A DNA stretch of 64,000 nucleotides from Acetobacter sp. (lineage in GTDB: Bacteria > Pseudomonadota > Alphaproteobacteria > Acetobacterales > Acetobacteraceae): assembly GCA_017474285.1 (NCBI GenBank), contig JAFVHT010000034.1, forward strand, positions 9,952 to 73,951, given 5' to 3'. This document shows positions 18,369 through 29,300 of the stretch, piece by piece (the stretch's first letter is position 1; every line of letters starts with the position of its first letter). Under the pieces are notes generated by a model. The model saw only the letters and a list, made by a program, of their open reading frames with translations. It was not told where the DNA came from and made no database searches. A program made the position numbers and the translations under genes.

Positions 18369-18518
18369 TTAAAGGTTAGAACTATGGGAAGTATTTTTTT
18401 CAAGCACAGTTAATTGTGTGCGGGCGCGCCGTAAACGCAAAGCAGCTTCTACAGAAAGTACAGTCACTATAATAAAAGTTATTCCATAGCTAGCAATGAT
18501 AAAAACAGGGTGTGTCAT
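18369..18518 (-). CDS. ccmD: heme exporter protein CcmD
   Basis: A 49-aa single-TM peptide, MTHPVFIIASYGITFIIVTVLSV.... It is the internal Met of ORF 18369..18653, and its ATG overlaps the ccmC stop (ATGA at 18515-18518). Confidence 0.7.
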   Translation of the reverse strand: MTHPVFIIASYGITFIIVTVLSVEAALRLRRARTQLTVLEKNTSHSSNL

Positions 18519-19312
18519 ACGATATTTGATCGACGATGAGAAGGAAAAAGAAGAGCACGGATACGGACTTCTAGAATAGCAGCCCGTAAACGTGCGAAAA
18601 CAAGTGCACAAAACCCAAGAGAAAACCCTAACATTGACAAAATAAGAGGCCACAACATAGAGCGAGAAATTGTCGGTGCCCTTGTTAAGGTAATACTATC
18701 AGGTTGGTGTAGAGTGTTCCACCAATCAACACTGAATTTTATAATAGGAAGATCAATAACACCAGCAAGGGCGAGAATAGCGGCAGCTTGATAGCCACGT
18801 TGTTTGTCTTCAAACGCGCGTATGAGAGAAATATGCCCTAAATAGAGGAAGAATAGAATAAGGACAGAGGTTAATCGTGCATCCCATACCCAATAAGTTC
18901 CCCACATTGGTTTTCCCCTGAGAGAGCCTGTTATAAGACAAAGAGCTGTTGCACAAGCGCCAACAGGGGCTATTTCCATAGCAGCGAGGTTTGCTAAAGG
19001 GTGTTGCCAAACAAGCGTTGATAGACCGCACAAGGCGAGAGCAGCGTAGCCAGCGGAAGCAAGAATAGCCGTTGGTACATGGATATACATAATCCGTACA
19101 GTGTCGCCTTGTTGCCAATCAGGAGGGGAAAAGAATAACCCCCAACCTAACCCTATAAAAGTGAAAAAAAGAGCAGAATAGGTTACGTACGGTTGTATAC
19201 GAGTACTGATATGATAAAATCTCCCAGGGTTGGCATAATAGTGAAAAAAATGGCGCGTTCGTGTAATCATAGTATGAGAGGTACAAGAACGAGGGGGTAT
19301 CGAATCAGGCAT
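18515..19312 (-). CDS. ccmC: heme exporter protein CcmC
   Basis: MYIHVPTAILAS and a WGTYWVWDARLTS tryptophan-rich motif are present. The true start may be the internal MITRTRHFF at 19270. Confidence 0.9.
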   Translation of the reverse strand: MPDSIPPRSCTSHTMITRTRHFFHYYANPGRFYHISTRIQPYVTYSALFFTFIGLGWGLFFSPPDWQQGDTVRIMYIHVPTAILASAGYAALALCGLSTLVWQHPLANLAAMEIAPVGACATALCLITGSLRGKPMWGTYWVWDARLTSVLILFFLYLGHISLIRAFEDKQRGYQAAAILALAGVIDLPIIKFSVDWWNTLHQPDSITLTRAPTISRSMLWPLILSMLGFSLGFCALVFARLRAAILEVRIRALLFPSHRRSNIV

Positions 19313-19465
19313 AAGGTTATTTTATCTTTCGTAACAAGTGTAATTTAGTGAGATATACAAAGTAATAATTGTAAGCTTTTTAGGAACAAATGTTAAAAAT
19401 ATTCTATTAAAATTTTTGTTATCATCATTAAATGAAAAACAATCTAAAGAGAAATAAGGGAAAAT

Positions 19466-19888
19466 ATGGCTTATTGGCTTATAAAAAGCGAGCCTCATGT
19501 TTTTAGTTGGGCAGATCAAGTTGCGCATCAAATAGAACCATGGACAGGGATACGCAATTATCAGGCACGGAAAAACCTTATTGCTATGAAAGTAGGTGAC
19601 CGTGCCTTTTTTTATCATTCCAACGTTCAGAGAGCAATTGTTGGCGTGGTAGAAGTGGTACGCTCTGCTTACCCTGATCCTACGGCAGGTGAAGGAAATT
19701 GGGTCTGTGTAGATGTTAAAACAATAGGACCAATACCTTCTCCTGTCTCTTTAGCGTCCATTAAAAATGAACCTCTTCTAGCACAAGTAGCTCTTATAAA
19801 ACAACCACGGCTTTCTGTTTGTCCTATTTCAGAAGAACAATGGACAATACTCTGCCAAATGGGTAAATGGCAAGAACCAACGCCATAA
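19466..19888 (+). CDS. EVE (PUA-like) domain protein
   Basis: 140 aa. MAYWLIKSEPHVFSW...GIRNYQARKNL..MKVGDRAFFYHSN is the typical EVE domain signature. Confidence 0.8.
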   Translation: MAYWLIKSEPHVFSWADQVAHQIEPWTGIRNYQARKNLIAMKVGDRAFFYHSNVQRAIVGVVEVVRSAYPDPTAGEGNWVCVDVKTIGPIPSPVSLASIKNEPLLAQVALIKQPRLSVCPISEEQWTILCQMGKWQEPTP

Positions 19889-19932
19889 TAACCCAACAAA
19901 ACTATTATTTGTTGTTAAAGCGTAAGGAAAAC

Positions 19933-20274
19933 TTAACTATTATTTTGAATAGCCATATTCCACGCTTGTGCGGCTCGGTTTCCAGTACGACAATAGGCTA
20001 GAACAGGACCAGGTAAAGTGTTAAGAGCTTCTTGCATTTTTTTAATAGTGTCAGATGAAGGGGTAGATCCTGCTTCAATAGGAAGGTCTACAAAGAAAAG
20101 ACCAGACTCTTTTGCAATTTTTGCAATTGTCGCACTATCTGGTTGATTGGCTTCCTCTCCGTTAGGGCGGTTACAGATAATCGTTCTGAAACCAGCTTCA
20201 CGGATAGTCTGTATATCTTGGAGAGAGATTTGAGGGGAAATAGCAAATTCTGGTGTTAGGTGATGGCAACGCAT
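19933..20274 (-). CDS. TIGR01244/DUF442-type phosphatase-like (sulfur-transferase-associated) protein
   Basis: MRCHHLTPEFAISPQISLQDIQTIREAGFRTIICNRPNGEE...AYCRTGNRA fits this family. The start is set at the internal Met of ORF 19933..20307. Confidence 0.65.
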   Translation of the reverse strand: MRCHHLTPEFAISPQISLQDIQTIREAGFRTIICNRPNGEEANQPDSATIAKIAKESGLFFVDLPIEAGSTPSSDTIKKMQEALNTLPGPVLAYCRTGNRAAQAWNMAIQNNS

Positions 20275-20629
20275 AATAGAACAGAACTCCACAAGTAAAA
20301 ACGTCATTTAACTTACAACATACCTCTATTTTTGGTATCTGTTTTTGACATTTGTCAAGCGATGAAAAAATAAAGCCAACATATAATAAATTTTATGTTT
20401 GTTTATTGAAGTCATAATAATTGGTGTATTTGTTAGGCTAGTTATTAAAATCGGTCAATTTAGAGCATAAGACTATAGGGCTACAGTAATATAATATGTG
20501 TGATACTATTTTTTTTAAGACATCTACTATAGTCAGTAATCGTCGCAATAGGTAGTGATACGACTATATATGTATTCTATGTTATCGTATGTTATTGTAT
20601 GCTTTATATCGTAAACAAGTGGGGAATCA

Positions 20630-21478
20630 ATGACAACAAACGAAACGACAAGTGGCGCGTTAATGCCGCAAGCACTGAGTAATCAAGATTTAGGTGATCT
20701 TGAAAAAGCTCTCGCTGCCGTTGAGGCAGGGCGGGGAACATTGGTTCGGCTAGCTGATCTCATGGGGGGAGCTGTTGGCCATGCAGCGCGCCTTGGTATG
20801 CGTGGCTTAGGTATGGCGCCAAAAATTGAAAACAAATTGCGTCATATAGCGGAAACAGCAATTACTTATGCTTTTGAAGTGGCCATTTTAGGAATGCAAG
20901 AAGGTGCTCCTGTGCATAATAACAATATGCCTCTTTGGCGTGATCAAGTAGCGCGAGCCGCAGTAGTTGTTTCTGGCGCTGTGGGTGGTTTTGGAGGACT
21001 TGCAGGCTTTGCGCCAGATGTTGGTTTTACAACTTTAACGATTATGCGTGAAATTGCCCGTATTGCTCGCGAGCATGGAGAGGATCTTACGGATTCTGAT
21101 ACACGAAGAGCGTGTTTAGAAGTTTTTGCTTTGAGGGCTTTTCCGAACGCACGTAACGGGGAAGAAAGTGAGTTAGGCTATTTTTCTGCAAGGCTTTTGC
21201 TTCGAGGGCGACCTGTTGTGATGCTGATTTCTGAAGTAGCCTCACATTATGGGCTTGTTTTGGGGCAAAAACTTTCTCTTCAGCTTATGCCTGTTGCTGG
21301 AGCTTTGTGCGGTGCTTCGCTAAACGCAGCTTTTCTTGCTCATTATCGTGCTTTAGCACAAGCACATTTTACTATTCGTCGTCTTGAGCGGACGCATGGT
21401 CCTGTTGTGCGAGATACAGCTTTAGCTATACGCGATTCTTTTATGACGCAAGGCAGAGACAAAGCTTTTTATGACTAA
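20630..21478 (+). CDS. EcsC-like family protein (assignment tentative)
   Basis: 282 aa. The Gly/Ala-rich hydrophobic segments and overall layout are reminiscent of EcsC. Confidence 0.45.
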   Translation: MTTNETTSGALMPQALSNQDLGDLEKALAAVEAGRGTLVRLADLMGGAVGHAARLGMRGLGMAPKIENKLRHIAETAITYAFEVAILGMQEGAPVHNNNMPLWRDQVARAAVVVSGAVGGFGGLAGFAPDVGFTTLTIMREIARIAREHGEDLTDSDTRRACLEVFALRAFPNARNGEESELGYFSARLLLRGRPVVMLISEVASHYGLVLGQKLSLQLMPVAGALCGASLNAAFLAHYRALAQAHFTIRRLERTHGPVVRDTALAIRDSFMTQGRDKAFYD

Positions 21479-21491
21479 CTCTTAGTTTTTA

Positions 21492-21692
21492 TTAAGAGGG
21501 AGGTTCTTGTTGAGAAGAGGATTGTTTGCTTGGGGTGGTTTGGTCTGTGTCGCGCTCTAGGAAGCAGTCAAGAACAGCGATTCCTAAAAAACCATATCCA
21601 ATCACTTTACAAGCGTTGAGATAATGGGGGGCTAACCAAGAAATAACCATACAAACAAGAATACCTAAAATACAAAATAAGCGAATAGTCAT
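21492..21692 (-). CDS. small membrane protein (66 aa), hypothetical
   Basis: Two hydrophobic helices and a Ser/Gln-rich tail. No family recognised. Confidence 0.35.
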   Translation of the reverse strand: MTIRLFCILGILVCMVISWLAPHYLNACKVIGYGFLGIAVLDCFLERDTDQTTPSKQSSSQQEPPS

Positions 21693-21859
21693 GATACTGT
21701 TCCTAAATGACTCGGCACGCGGTGAGAGAGATTTTGTGCTAGAAACATAATCTAGCTTATTTTTATGTTCCTAGAGTAGTGTCTTGAAAGTTTGTGTGTT
21801 TATTACTTGTAAAGAGTTTGTTGCTTTATTGTGAGAAGGCTTTATAAAAAGAGAACCTT

Positions 21860-22921
21860 ATGAATAAGGCAGTTATGAGAAATAAAAATTTATCTAACAT
21901 CGTAAAGATATGGTGTTACCCTATCTACCAGTGGGGAGGAGTATTAAGTGTTGCTTTAGCTCTTATAGGCTCTTTTCCTTCTGTGGCGCAGTCTGAAGTG
22001 CAACCTTGGCGGCAATCTGGTCAAGTACGGGTTTGCATGGTAATACCCGGGCTACAAAATAGGCAAAAGACTTTAAAAGGAGATATGGCACTTATGCTTA
22101 TTGTGCCGTCTGGCACGGTATTTGTGTACTACGTACCTCCATCTATTAAGCTTATCAAACACTCTAAACAACCTTCTCATCAATCTTCTGGACAGTCTTC
22201 TACTCAACAACCTCTAGAACAAACTTCAGGACAAGCACTGGTGACAACAGAAACTGTGACACTGACAGCAGGTCAACCTTGTGCTGCTGCTGATGCTGCA
22301 AGTTTGCGTTCTCATACACGGAATTGGTTGACGGTACCCGTCCGTCCTGTAAAGCAGGGCACTTTTTTCGCTATAGGGAGGGTACGTGGTAACGGTGTAG
22401 AAACTGATCTTTATGGTGAAGACGATTTTTTCCGTACTATAGTACGATCGGGTGAGCTCCGTGCAACACCGGAGGGGGTGCTAGGAGAGGTTATTGATTT
22501 GCAAGAAACAGCGGCAGATTTGCCAACGGTTTCTTCTGATAATCCGAATGATCCTGATAGTATGAATATTCGTCAAATTGAGCACGATATGACAAATAAT
22601 TTACCGCCAGAAAATACTAATAAAGAAAATCCTAATGGAAACACCAACAAAAAGAGTACAAATATCAATACAACGATCAATCAAGATATGAATAAAGGAT
22701 TAAACGAAAATGCTTATAATATGAATACTAATAGCACGAATAATGTAAACAATACGCCAAATTTACAAAACTTACAAAAAAAATCTTCAGAAATACCCTT
22801 TCAAAAACCTTCTGAAAATCATTCTTCTGTACATCCTATAAGACACCATGTACACCACCACGTAAAACATAGGAATCATAAGGTACATCGAAAGATGTTA
22901 CATAAACAAGAACAAAAATAA
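21860..22921 (+). CDS. secreted protein with Asn-rich low-complexity region and His-rich basic C-terminus
   Basis: 353 aa with a signal-like N-terminus (LSVALALIGSFPSVAQSE). The low-complexity stretch reads NTNKENPNGNTNKKSTNINTTINQD...NTNSTNNVNN. The tail is HPIRHHVHHHVKHRNHKVHRK. Confidence 0.55.
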   Translation: MNKAVMRNKNLSNIVKIWCYPIYQWGGVLSVALALIGSFPSVAQSEVQPWRQSGQVRVCMVIPGLQNRQKTLKGDMALMLIVPSGTVFVYYVPPSIKLIKHSKQPSHQSSGQSSTQQPLEQTSGQALVTTETVTLTAGQPCAAADAASLRSHTRNWLTVPVRPVKQGTFFAIGRVRGNGVETDLYGEDDFFRTIVRSGELRATPEGVLGEVIDLQETAADLPTVSSDNPNDPDSMNIRQIEHDMTNNLPPENTNKENPNGNTNKKSTNINTTINQDMNKGLNENAYNMNTNSTNNVNNTPNLQNLQKKSSEIPFQKPSENHSSVHPIRHHVHHHVKHRNHKVHRKMLHKQEQK

Positions 22922-22931
22922 ATATATTAAG

Positions 22932-25900
22932 TTAAAAAATCTGCCGTAACATTCCCGGTAGAAGAATAGAAAACGGGTTAATGTGGACGATAGGATTTTT
23001 TAAGTTGCCTGTAACAGAAAAAGTAAATGCTAAAAGACCACTACCTGCTTCTGGGCTAAAGAGCCATCCTACTCCTGGAAGTTTTCCAGGCAGTTTGTTA
23101 AGAGTAAAAAGGGGAGCAACAGTCCCCTGTAGATTGATGTTGTGTTGTACAATGTTAATAACGCCTTCTATTGTCGCTCCAAGAGCTGTGTTTCCCGTTC
23201 TTGCATCGTGAATGTTGATTTTTCCATTTTCAAATGTCAAGGGAATGGTGAGATAAGTGATTTTTAAGTTTGAAGGATTTTGTGCTGTTATCCAGTTAGG
23301 TAATGAGACATTGTGCATAATGCGTAGTGCTGTTGGTGCTTTATCGAGTACAAAAGAAGAAACGGTGATTTTTCCATGAAAAGGGTCTAAAGGTTTTGTA
23401 TCGTCAAAATCTCCTGTGATAAGAGCATGTCCTCCTTTAATGTCGGGGAGAATGTTAAACACATCAAGAAAATGACCAACATCACGAATATCGGCGGTTA
23501 AAACACGTTTTTTCTGCAAAGACGTTAAATTGACTTGAACAACTGTTGGTTCTTGCATAGAAAAACGTAGTTTTTCAAAGTGGTGTTTGCTTTCCTCAAA
23601 AGAGGCTGTTACCTCATGGAGGGAAGGCTTGTTTTTAGAAAACAAAAGGTCATGTGCTGTAATATTAACGATCCATGTCATATTTGCCATATTTTGGGGA
23701 GTGTTTGATGTGTATTGTGTTTCTTTGTTAGATTTTGTGTCTGTTAGGCTATGGCTTACGAGAGAAGAGAGATCAAGGCGATTTGCCTGTATATCAACAT
23801 AAACAGCGTTATATGGTTTCTTGGCTGATTCTTCAGAAGATGAGGGAGGAATCGTCAAATGTGCTTGTCCGATAGAATCGTTAATTTGAAATGAAGAGAT
23901 AAAAAGTTCAAACGCTTTGTTAGGGTCAATTTTGGCATTTCCTAAAAGAGAAAGTTTAGGTCCAGAAACAGTGAGATTCTGAATTGCTGTAAGATGTCCT
24001 TGTGTGAGTTCAAGGAGCGCAGACGCTTTGGCGGGTTCGCCAATATTTTTATGCCATAGGGGGAGGTCAATAAGGGAAGGTGTTAAGTTGAATGCGAGGT
24101 TGACAGTGCCTGTATGATTTCCCATTTGGCGATAGTTAACGGTAAGATTAGTGTTACCGTAAAAATGATTATAGGTGTTGTAGCCTGCTAATTTTAAAGC
24201 GGCAGGTGTAAGACTAGAGGTTACGTGAGCTTGTTCTAATACTTCTTGTGGTCCTACATGGTGAAGATTGGCTGAGTAAGAAATATGGGCGGGGATATTG
24301 GCAATAGTGCCTTCTCCAGTAAGAGAGAGTTTGCTTGTGTCTGTATCCAGACTAAAATTCCCGTTTGTAATACTGCGTCCCGCTACAATGTTATCAAGAG
24401 CGGCATGTGTAATGTCAGCGTGTACATTTAAAAAAATATCATCGTTTTTGACATTATTTGCGAGCGGTAAAGAAATTTTGAAAGCAATTTTAGCGTTACC
24501 GCGTGGGTTAGTCAGACCGATTTTACGGTGTGTAAATAAATGTAAACGAGGTTCTTTGAGAAGTTGAAGGACGGTGTTAAGCGTGCCTTCTAAGTTAGAA
24601 ACAATAGTACCCGTTGGAATTTTACGTTCAAGGTGGTTAATCGTCATACGTCCAGGTCCTGCCTGAATGCGACCATGATGGCCTACAGGCTGGTATCCGC
24701 CGTCAAAATCAATCGTCAGCATGTGAAGATTATGGATTTCTAACCGCGCGTTCATATTTTTAAGGGGTGTGATCGGACGTAACCAGTGGACAGTAAGTCC
24801 TTTAGCGTCAACACTGCCATCTAATCCAGAAATTTTAAGCTGTTTCCAGCCTTTAGGGCTCTCAAAGCGTATTTGCGTATAAAGATGAGACGCCATGCCA
24901 GAAGTGATATTTTTTGTAACCCAAATTTTACCACCTTTAGCGGCTTGGCTGGGCCAATATTGATTAAGATCTTGAAAGGCAACTTGTGGAATATCTGCTG
25001 TTAAAGCCCCTTTTATGGTAGAAGGTGCAAGAAAATTCGTCGCTTGCAACCAACCATTAAGGTTGAGGGTGAGTTGATGTTGAGTGTCTGTTGGATAGTC
25101 CGGGTGTCGTAAAATAATGGCTGTATTGGAGAGTTTGAATTGCGCTAGAGAAGAGGGGGATGTGCCTTGTAATGTGTTTTGAAAGGTTAGGGTAAGATGA
25201 CCATGGTCTGTTTCAAAAGTACTCCCAGCTACACGGATATGTCCAGAACCGAGATCTGTATGTAAGAGGATTGTTTGCGGTAAAAGCCATGGTGTTTTTC
25301 CTGAATTTGTTTTTGAGATAAGTGTTTTTTGAGAGGGTAAGACATTCTGAGCGAACCATACATCGGTTGAAAAGGTGAGAGGTGCATCAAAAAAAGATAA
25401 GGAAGGTATAATATGTGCCAAAGAAGCTGGATTAAAAGGGGTTATTTCGACATGCCATAAAATACCGTTATTGTTTTTGGATGGCACAAAAGGAACCTCC
25501 TTTTGCAAGGGAACACTTTGAGAAGAGGAAGAAAGAGATTGTTTGGTATTGGAAGTGTTGGAATTTATACGAAGAGAGGCAGAATCTTTTACTTTTTGTA
25601 AAGCGTGGAGAAATACGCCATGTGCTGTAAGGCGTAAGGTATGATTCGGATCATTATTTTCTGTAAGCGTTGCAGAGATTGAGCCGATTAAGCCTTTTTG
25701 AGTGCCTATTTTATCAAGATTAAGGTGTATATTGAGGGGAGCAATTGTCCAATATGTCTTATGTGAGGAATCACGTATTGTGAGACAGGCATTGTTGAGA
25801 GTAACTTGCTCAATAGCGTTAAGAGATAAAGGGATATTGTTTTGTGATGGGGCATCTGATGTTTGCCCAAAATCAAGGCCTATAGTGTTATTTTGTGTGC

Positions 25901-26393
25901 GTACAAGGGCTAGATGAGCTTGGTGAATCGTTATTTTTCTTGGAGATAAGACACCATGGAGTAAAGCATGAGGTTCTAACGTAAGCGTGAGAGATTGTAG
26001 GCTATCATAAATGTGTTCAGTAGGTTTATCGCTCGTTAAGCCCTTGTTCGTTGAAATTTTACTTGTGATTACTTTAAGAGTAATAGCGTCAGCAGAAAGA
26101 ATTATCGGCGCGTTAAACCCATTATGGAGGATATTCCAACGCACACGAACGTTATTAAAATTTAAGTGTACAGCTTGGTGCCCAAATTGGGCAGGAATAA
26201 CGGTTAAAGGTAAAAAAAGGCGTATAATCGGGGTTATTGAGACAGAACCAAAACTCATACCTATAAGAAGTAGAAAAATGCTCAAAATAGGCAGAAGAAA
26301 CGGTATAAAAAACAAAATACCTACAAGACGAAAAATTCTTATCTTTTTAAGAAAATGTATTTCTTGAGAGAGAAGAGGGGGAATACTATTCAT
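22932..26393 (-). CDS. large AsmA-like/YhdP-like (DUF3971-type) envelope protein
   Basis: 1153 aa with an N-terminal TM helix. A long beta-rich repetitive body and a C-terminus (GSGLLAFTFSVTGNLKNPIVHINP) are typical of the AsmA-like C-terminal region. Confidence 0.65.
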   Translation of the reverse strand: MNSIPPLLSQEIHFLKKIRIFRLVGILFFIPFLLPILSIFLLLIGMSFGSVSITPIIRLFLPLTVIPAQFGHQAVHLNFNNVRVRWNILHNGFNAPIILSADAITLKVITSKISTNKGLTSDKPTEHIYDSLQSLTLTLEPHALLHGVLSPRKITIHQAHLALVRTQNNTIGLDFGQTSDAPSQNNIPLSLNAIEQVTLNNACLTIRDSSHKTYWTIAPLNIHLNLDKIGTQKGLIGSISATLTENNDPNHTLRLTAHGVFLHALQKVKDSASLRINSNTSNTKQSLSSSSQSVPLQKEVPFVPSKNNNGILWHVEITPFNPASLAHIIPSLSFFDAPLTFSTDVWFAQNVLPSQKTLISKTNSGKTPWLLPQTILLHTDLGSGHIRVAGSTFETDHGHLTLTFQNTLQGTSPSSLAQFKLSNTAIILRHPDYPTDTQHQLTLNLNGWLQATNFLAPSTIKGALTADIPQVAFQDLNQYWPSQAAKGGKIWVTKNITSGMASHLYTQIRFESPKGWKQLKISGLDGSVDAKGLTVHWLRPITPLKNMNARLEIHNLHMLTIDFDGGYQPVGHHGRIQAGPGRMTINHLERKIPTGTIVSNLEGTLNTVLQLLKEPRLHLFTHRKIGLTNPRGNAKIAFKISLPLANNVKNDDIFLNVHADITHAALDNIVAGRSITNGNFSLDTDTSKLSLTGEGTIANIPAHISYSANLHHVGPQEVLEQAHVTSSLTPAALKLAGYNTYNHFYGNTNLTVNYRQMGNHTGTVNLAFNLTPSLIDLPLWHKNIGEPAKASALLELTQGHLTAIQNLTVSGPKLSLLGNAKIDPNKAFELFISSFQINDSIGQAHLTIPPSSSEESAKKPYNAVYVDIQANRLDLSSLVSHSLTDTKSNKETQYTSNTPQNMANMTWIVNITAHDLLFSKNKPSLHEVTASFEESKHHFEKLRFSMQEPTVVQVNLTSLQKKRVLTADIRDVGHFLDVFNILPDIKGGHALITGDFDDTKPLDPFHGKITVSSFVLDKAPTALRIMHNVSLPNWITAQNPSNLKITYLTIPLTFENGKINIHDARTGNTALGATIEGVINIVQHNINLQGTVAPLFTLNKLPGKLPGVGWLFSPEAGSGLLAFTFSVTGNLKNPIVHINPFSILLPGMLRQIF

Positions 26394-29300
26394 GATACAG
26401 GCTAAACAATTTCTTTCCCGCGGTATATGGCAACCTCATCGACGTAATGCACAAATGTGGCCCTGTGCACCTTGGGCAAAACCTGCGGATCATACAGCTG
26501 CCACTCAGTTTATGGAGGAAATCCAGTCCCTTATCCGTAAGACCGACTCTTCATTAAAGATAATAGAAAATTCCTCTGTGCGAGCACTTATAGCATGTTT
26601 AGGGGGAAATAGTCCTTATTTGTCTGATCTTGTGCGAGACGATATAGCAGGGTTTATAACTTTGCTAGAAAAAGGACCACAACACTATACACAGGTAGTT
26701 TTTGCAGAGTGTGCAGAGTTTGATCATAACACAGGACGTGAAGAGGTTTCCTTCTTTTTAAGAACGCTTAAGAAAAAAATAGCCCTTGCATGTGCTGTGG
26801 CTAATCTTGGCGGGTTTTGGACATTAGAAGACGTAACAGGCACTTTAAGCCATTTGGCTGAAGTAGCGCTTGATCTTGCTATAAAACATTTATTATTAGC
26901 GGCTTTTCAATCAGGGCAACTCGCATTACCGCATCCAGAGAATCCAACACAAGGCTGTGGGTTTACAGTTTTGGCTATGGGGAAATTAGGCTCACGAGAA
27001 CTGAATTACTCATCAGATATAGACATTGTGGTTTTATATGATCCTTCTCTTTACGAACGTTCTGATGCTATGCGGCGTGTTTTTATACGCCTAACCAATG
27101 ATCTCGTGACGATTCTAGAAGCGCGTGATGCACATGGCTATGTTTTTCGTACCGATCTCAGATTGCGTCCTGATCCTTCTTCGACACCGCCTGCTGTGAC
27201 AATACAGGCAGCGCTTGTCTATTACGAAAGTCTAGGGCAAACATGGGAGCGGGCAGCTATGATTCGTGCAAGACCCGTGGCTGGGGATCTTGCTTTAGGG
27301 CGTCAGTTTTTAGAGGCTATTCGCCCATTTATTTGGCGTCGGCACCTTGATTTTACGATAATTGACGATTTGCACGATATGAAAGGTCGTATTGATAGTT
27401 ATCATCATACAGGACATCACAATTTAGCTGATTTATCGGACAGCATGGTTGCTGAATCGGTTGTGAGTCGTAAGTGGCTTTTAGGACATAATGTCAAATT
27501 AGGGCAAGGCGGAATACGTGAAATTGAATTTATAGCCCAAGCAAAACAACTTATTTGGGGTGGGCGTGAACATGTTTTACGTGAAAAAACAACATGCGGT
27601 GCATTAAAGAAATTAGCCCTAGCGGGGCATCTCTCACACGAAGAAGCCAGTGTGCTTATAGATACGTATCATCTCTTAAGAGAAATAGAACATCGTTTGC
27701 AAATGCAAAATGATTATCAAACACATAGTCTCCCTGAAGATGAGGCACAATTTGAGGCATTTGCTATTTTTATGAACTATCCAAATGGCAATACATTTGC
27801 TCAGGATATTTTACCCTATATGCGAGAGGTAAGACGTATTTTTGAACGGCATTTTGTAGCTGACCCGCAAAATACCAAAACAGAGGGGAATATTTTGTTA
27901 GCTGATTTAGAGGAAAAACATGTTGAAGAATTATTATTAAAACACGGTTTTCCCGCTGAACAGATTCCTGAGTCCAAACAGGTTTTAGTGCGTTGGCAAG
28001 GCTGTGGTTTACGTGCTTTACGGTCGGAACGGGCTCGGGCGCTGTTACGTTCTCTAATTCCTCTTTTATTAGGAGGATTTAGTCAATGTCATAATCCATT
28101 GGCCTGTTTACTTAATTTTGACTCTCTTTTAGCGCGTCAAAATGCAGGTGTTCAAATTTTAACACTTTTTAAACTTAACCCAGAATTGATTAACAGAGTG
28201 GTGCATATTTTTAATGCCTCTCCTTTTTTGTCGGATCACTTAGCAAGCCATTCATCAGCTTTAGAGGGGCTGTTAGAAATGGCATATGACAAAAAACGAA
28301 TAGCCGTAACGCGTTTGTATAACAGCATCAAAGAAGTTGAGAGCGTAGAAGAAAAAATAGCTATTTTACGTCCTCTTTTAAGGGGAGAAGAATTTCGTTT
28401 ATCAGTTGCTTTGCTTGAGGGGCATATCAGTGAAGAGATGGCAGAACGGGAACGGACAAGTTTAGCCGATGTCGTTATAAAAATTTTGTGGAAAGCCGTT
28501 TTACAGGAACATACAGCTCGCTATGGACACGTACACGGTGGTGGTATGGCTATTCTTGCTTTAGGGCGTGCAGGCTCGCGTGAGATGATGCCCGCTTCCG
28601 ATCTTGATTTACTTATTGTTTGCGATTATCCGCAGACTGAGCAAAAAAGTTTTCTTAAAAAAGGAGAGTCTGGGCGCCCCTTAGAAGTAAGCGCTTACTA
28701 CACACGGCTTGCACAGGCTTTTATTGCTGCCTTAACAGCACCCGGACCTGAAGGACCACTTTATGCCGTGGATATGCGTTTACGTCCTTCGGGAGGATCA
28801 GGTCCTGTTGTTGTATCACGTCAAGCCCTTATACACTACTATGCCAATTCTGCTTGGACGTGGGAGCGTATGGCATTGACACGGGCACGTATTATTACAG
28901 CCACAACATTTTTACGGGCAGCTTTACAACAAGATATAGCGCAAATTCTTGAAGGAAAAACCCTTACTGTGCCTCAAACAAGCGAATCATTACGAAATGA
29001 TGCCCGTGATATGCGTATGCGCCTTATGCGTGATTTACCTCCAACATCAATGTGGGATATTAAACGGCGTAATGGCGGGCTGATGGAAATAGAATTTATC
29101 GTCCAAATTTTTCAGCTATGTGCTGCTGATGCGCGCGTGCGAAGCCCTGTAACACGGCATGCTTTACGGCGTTTAGCGCGAGAGGGAGTGTTATCCCATG
29201 AGCACGCAACTAAATTACGCCAAGCAGGTTACTTTTGGCGACAATTACAAGCACAATTACGCCTTTTATACGGACCGAAGCCACCTGTTGACCTTGAAAA

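Noticed and set aside
18519-18653. The long form (94 aa) of the ORF containing ccmD.
   Set aside because: The upstream part overlaps the ccmC 3' end in another frame. The conserved arrangement is the 49-aa CcmD starting at the ATGA overlap.
14063-19312. Absence of ccmA/ccmB next to ccmCDEFGHI.
   Set aside because: Split ccm loci are common, so this is not evidence of gene loss.
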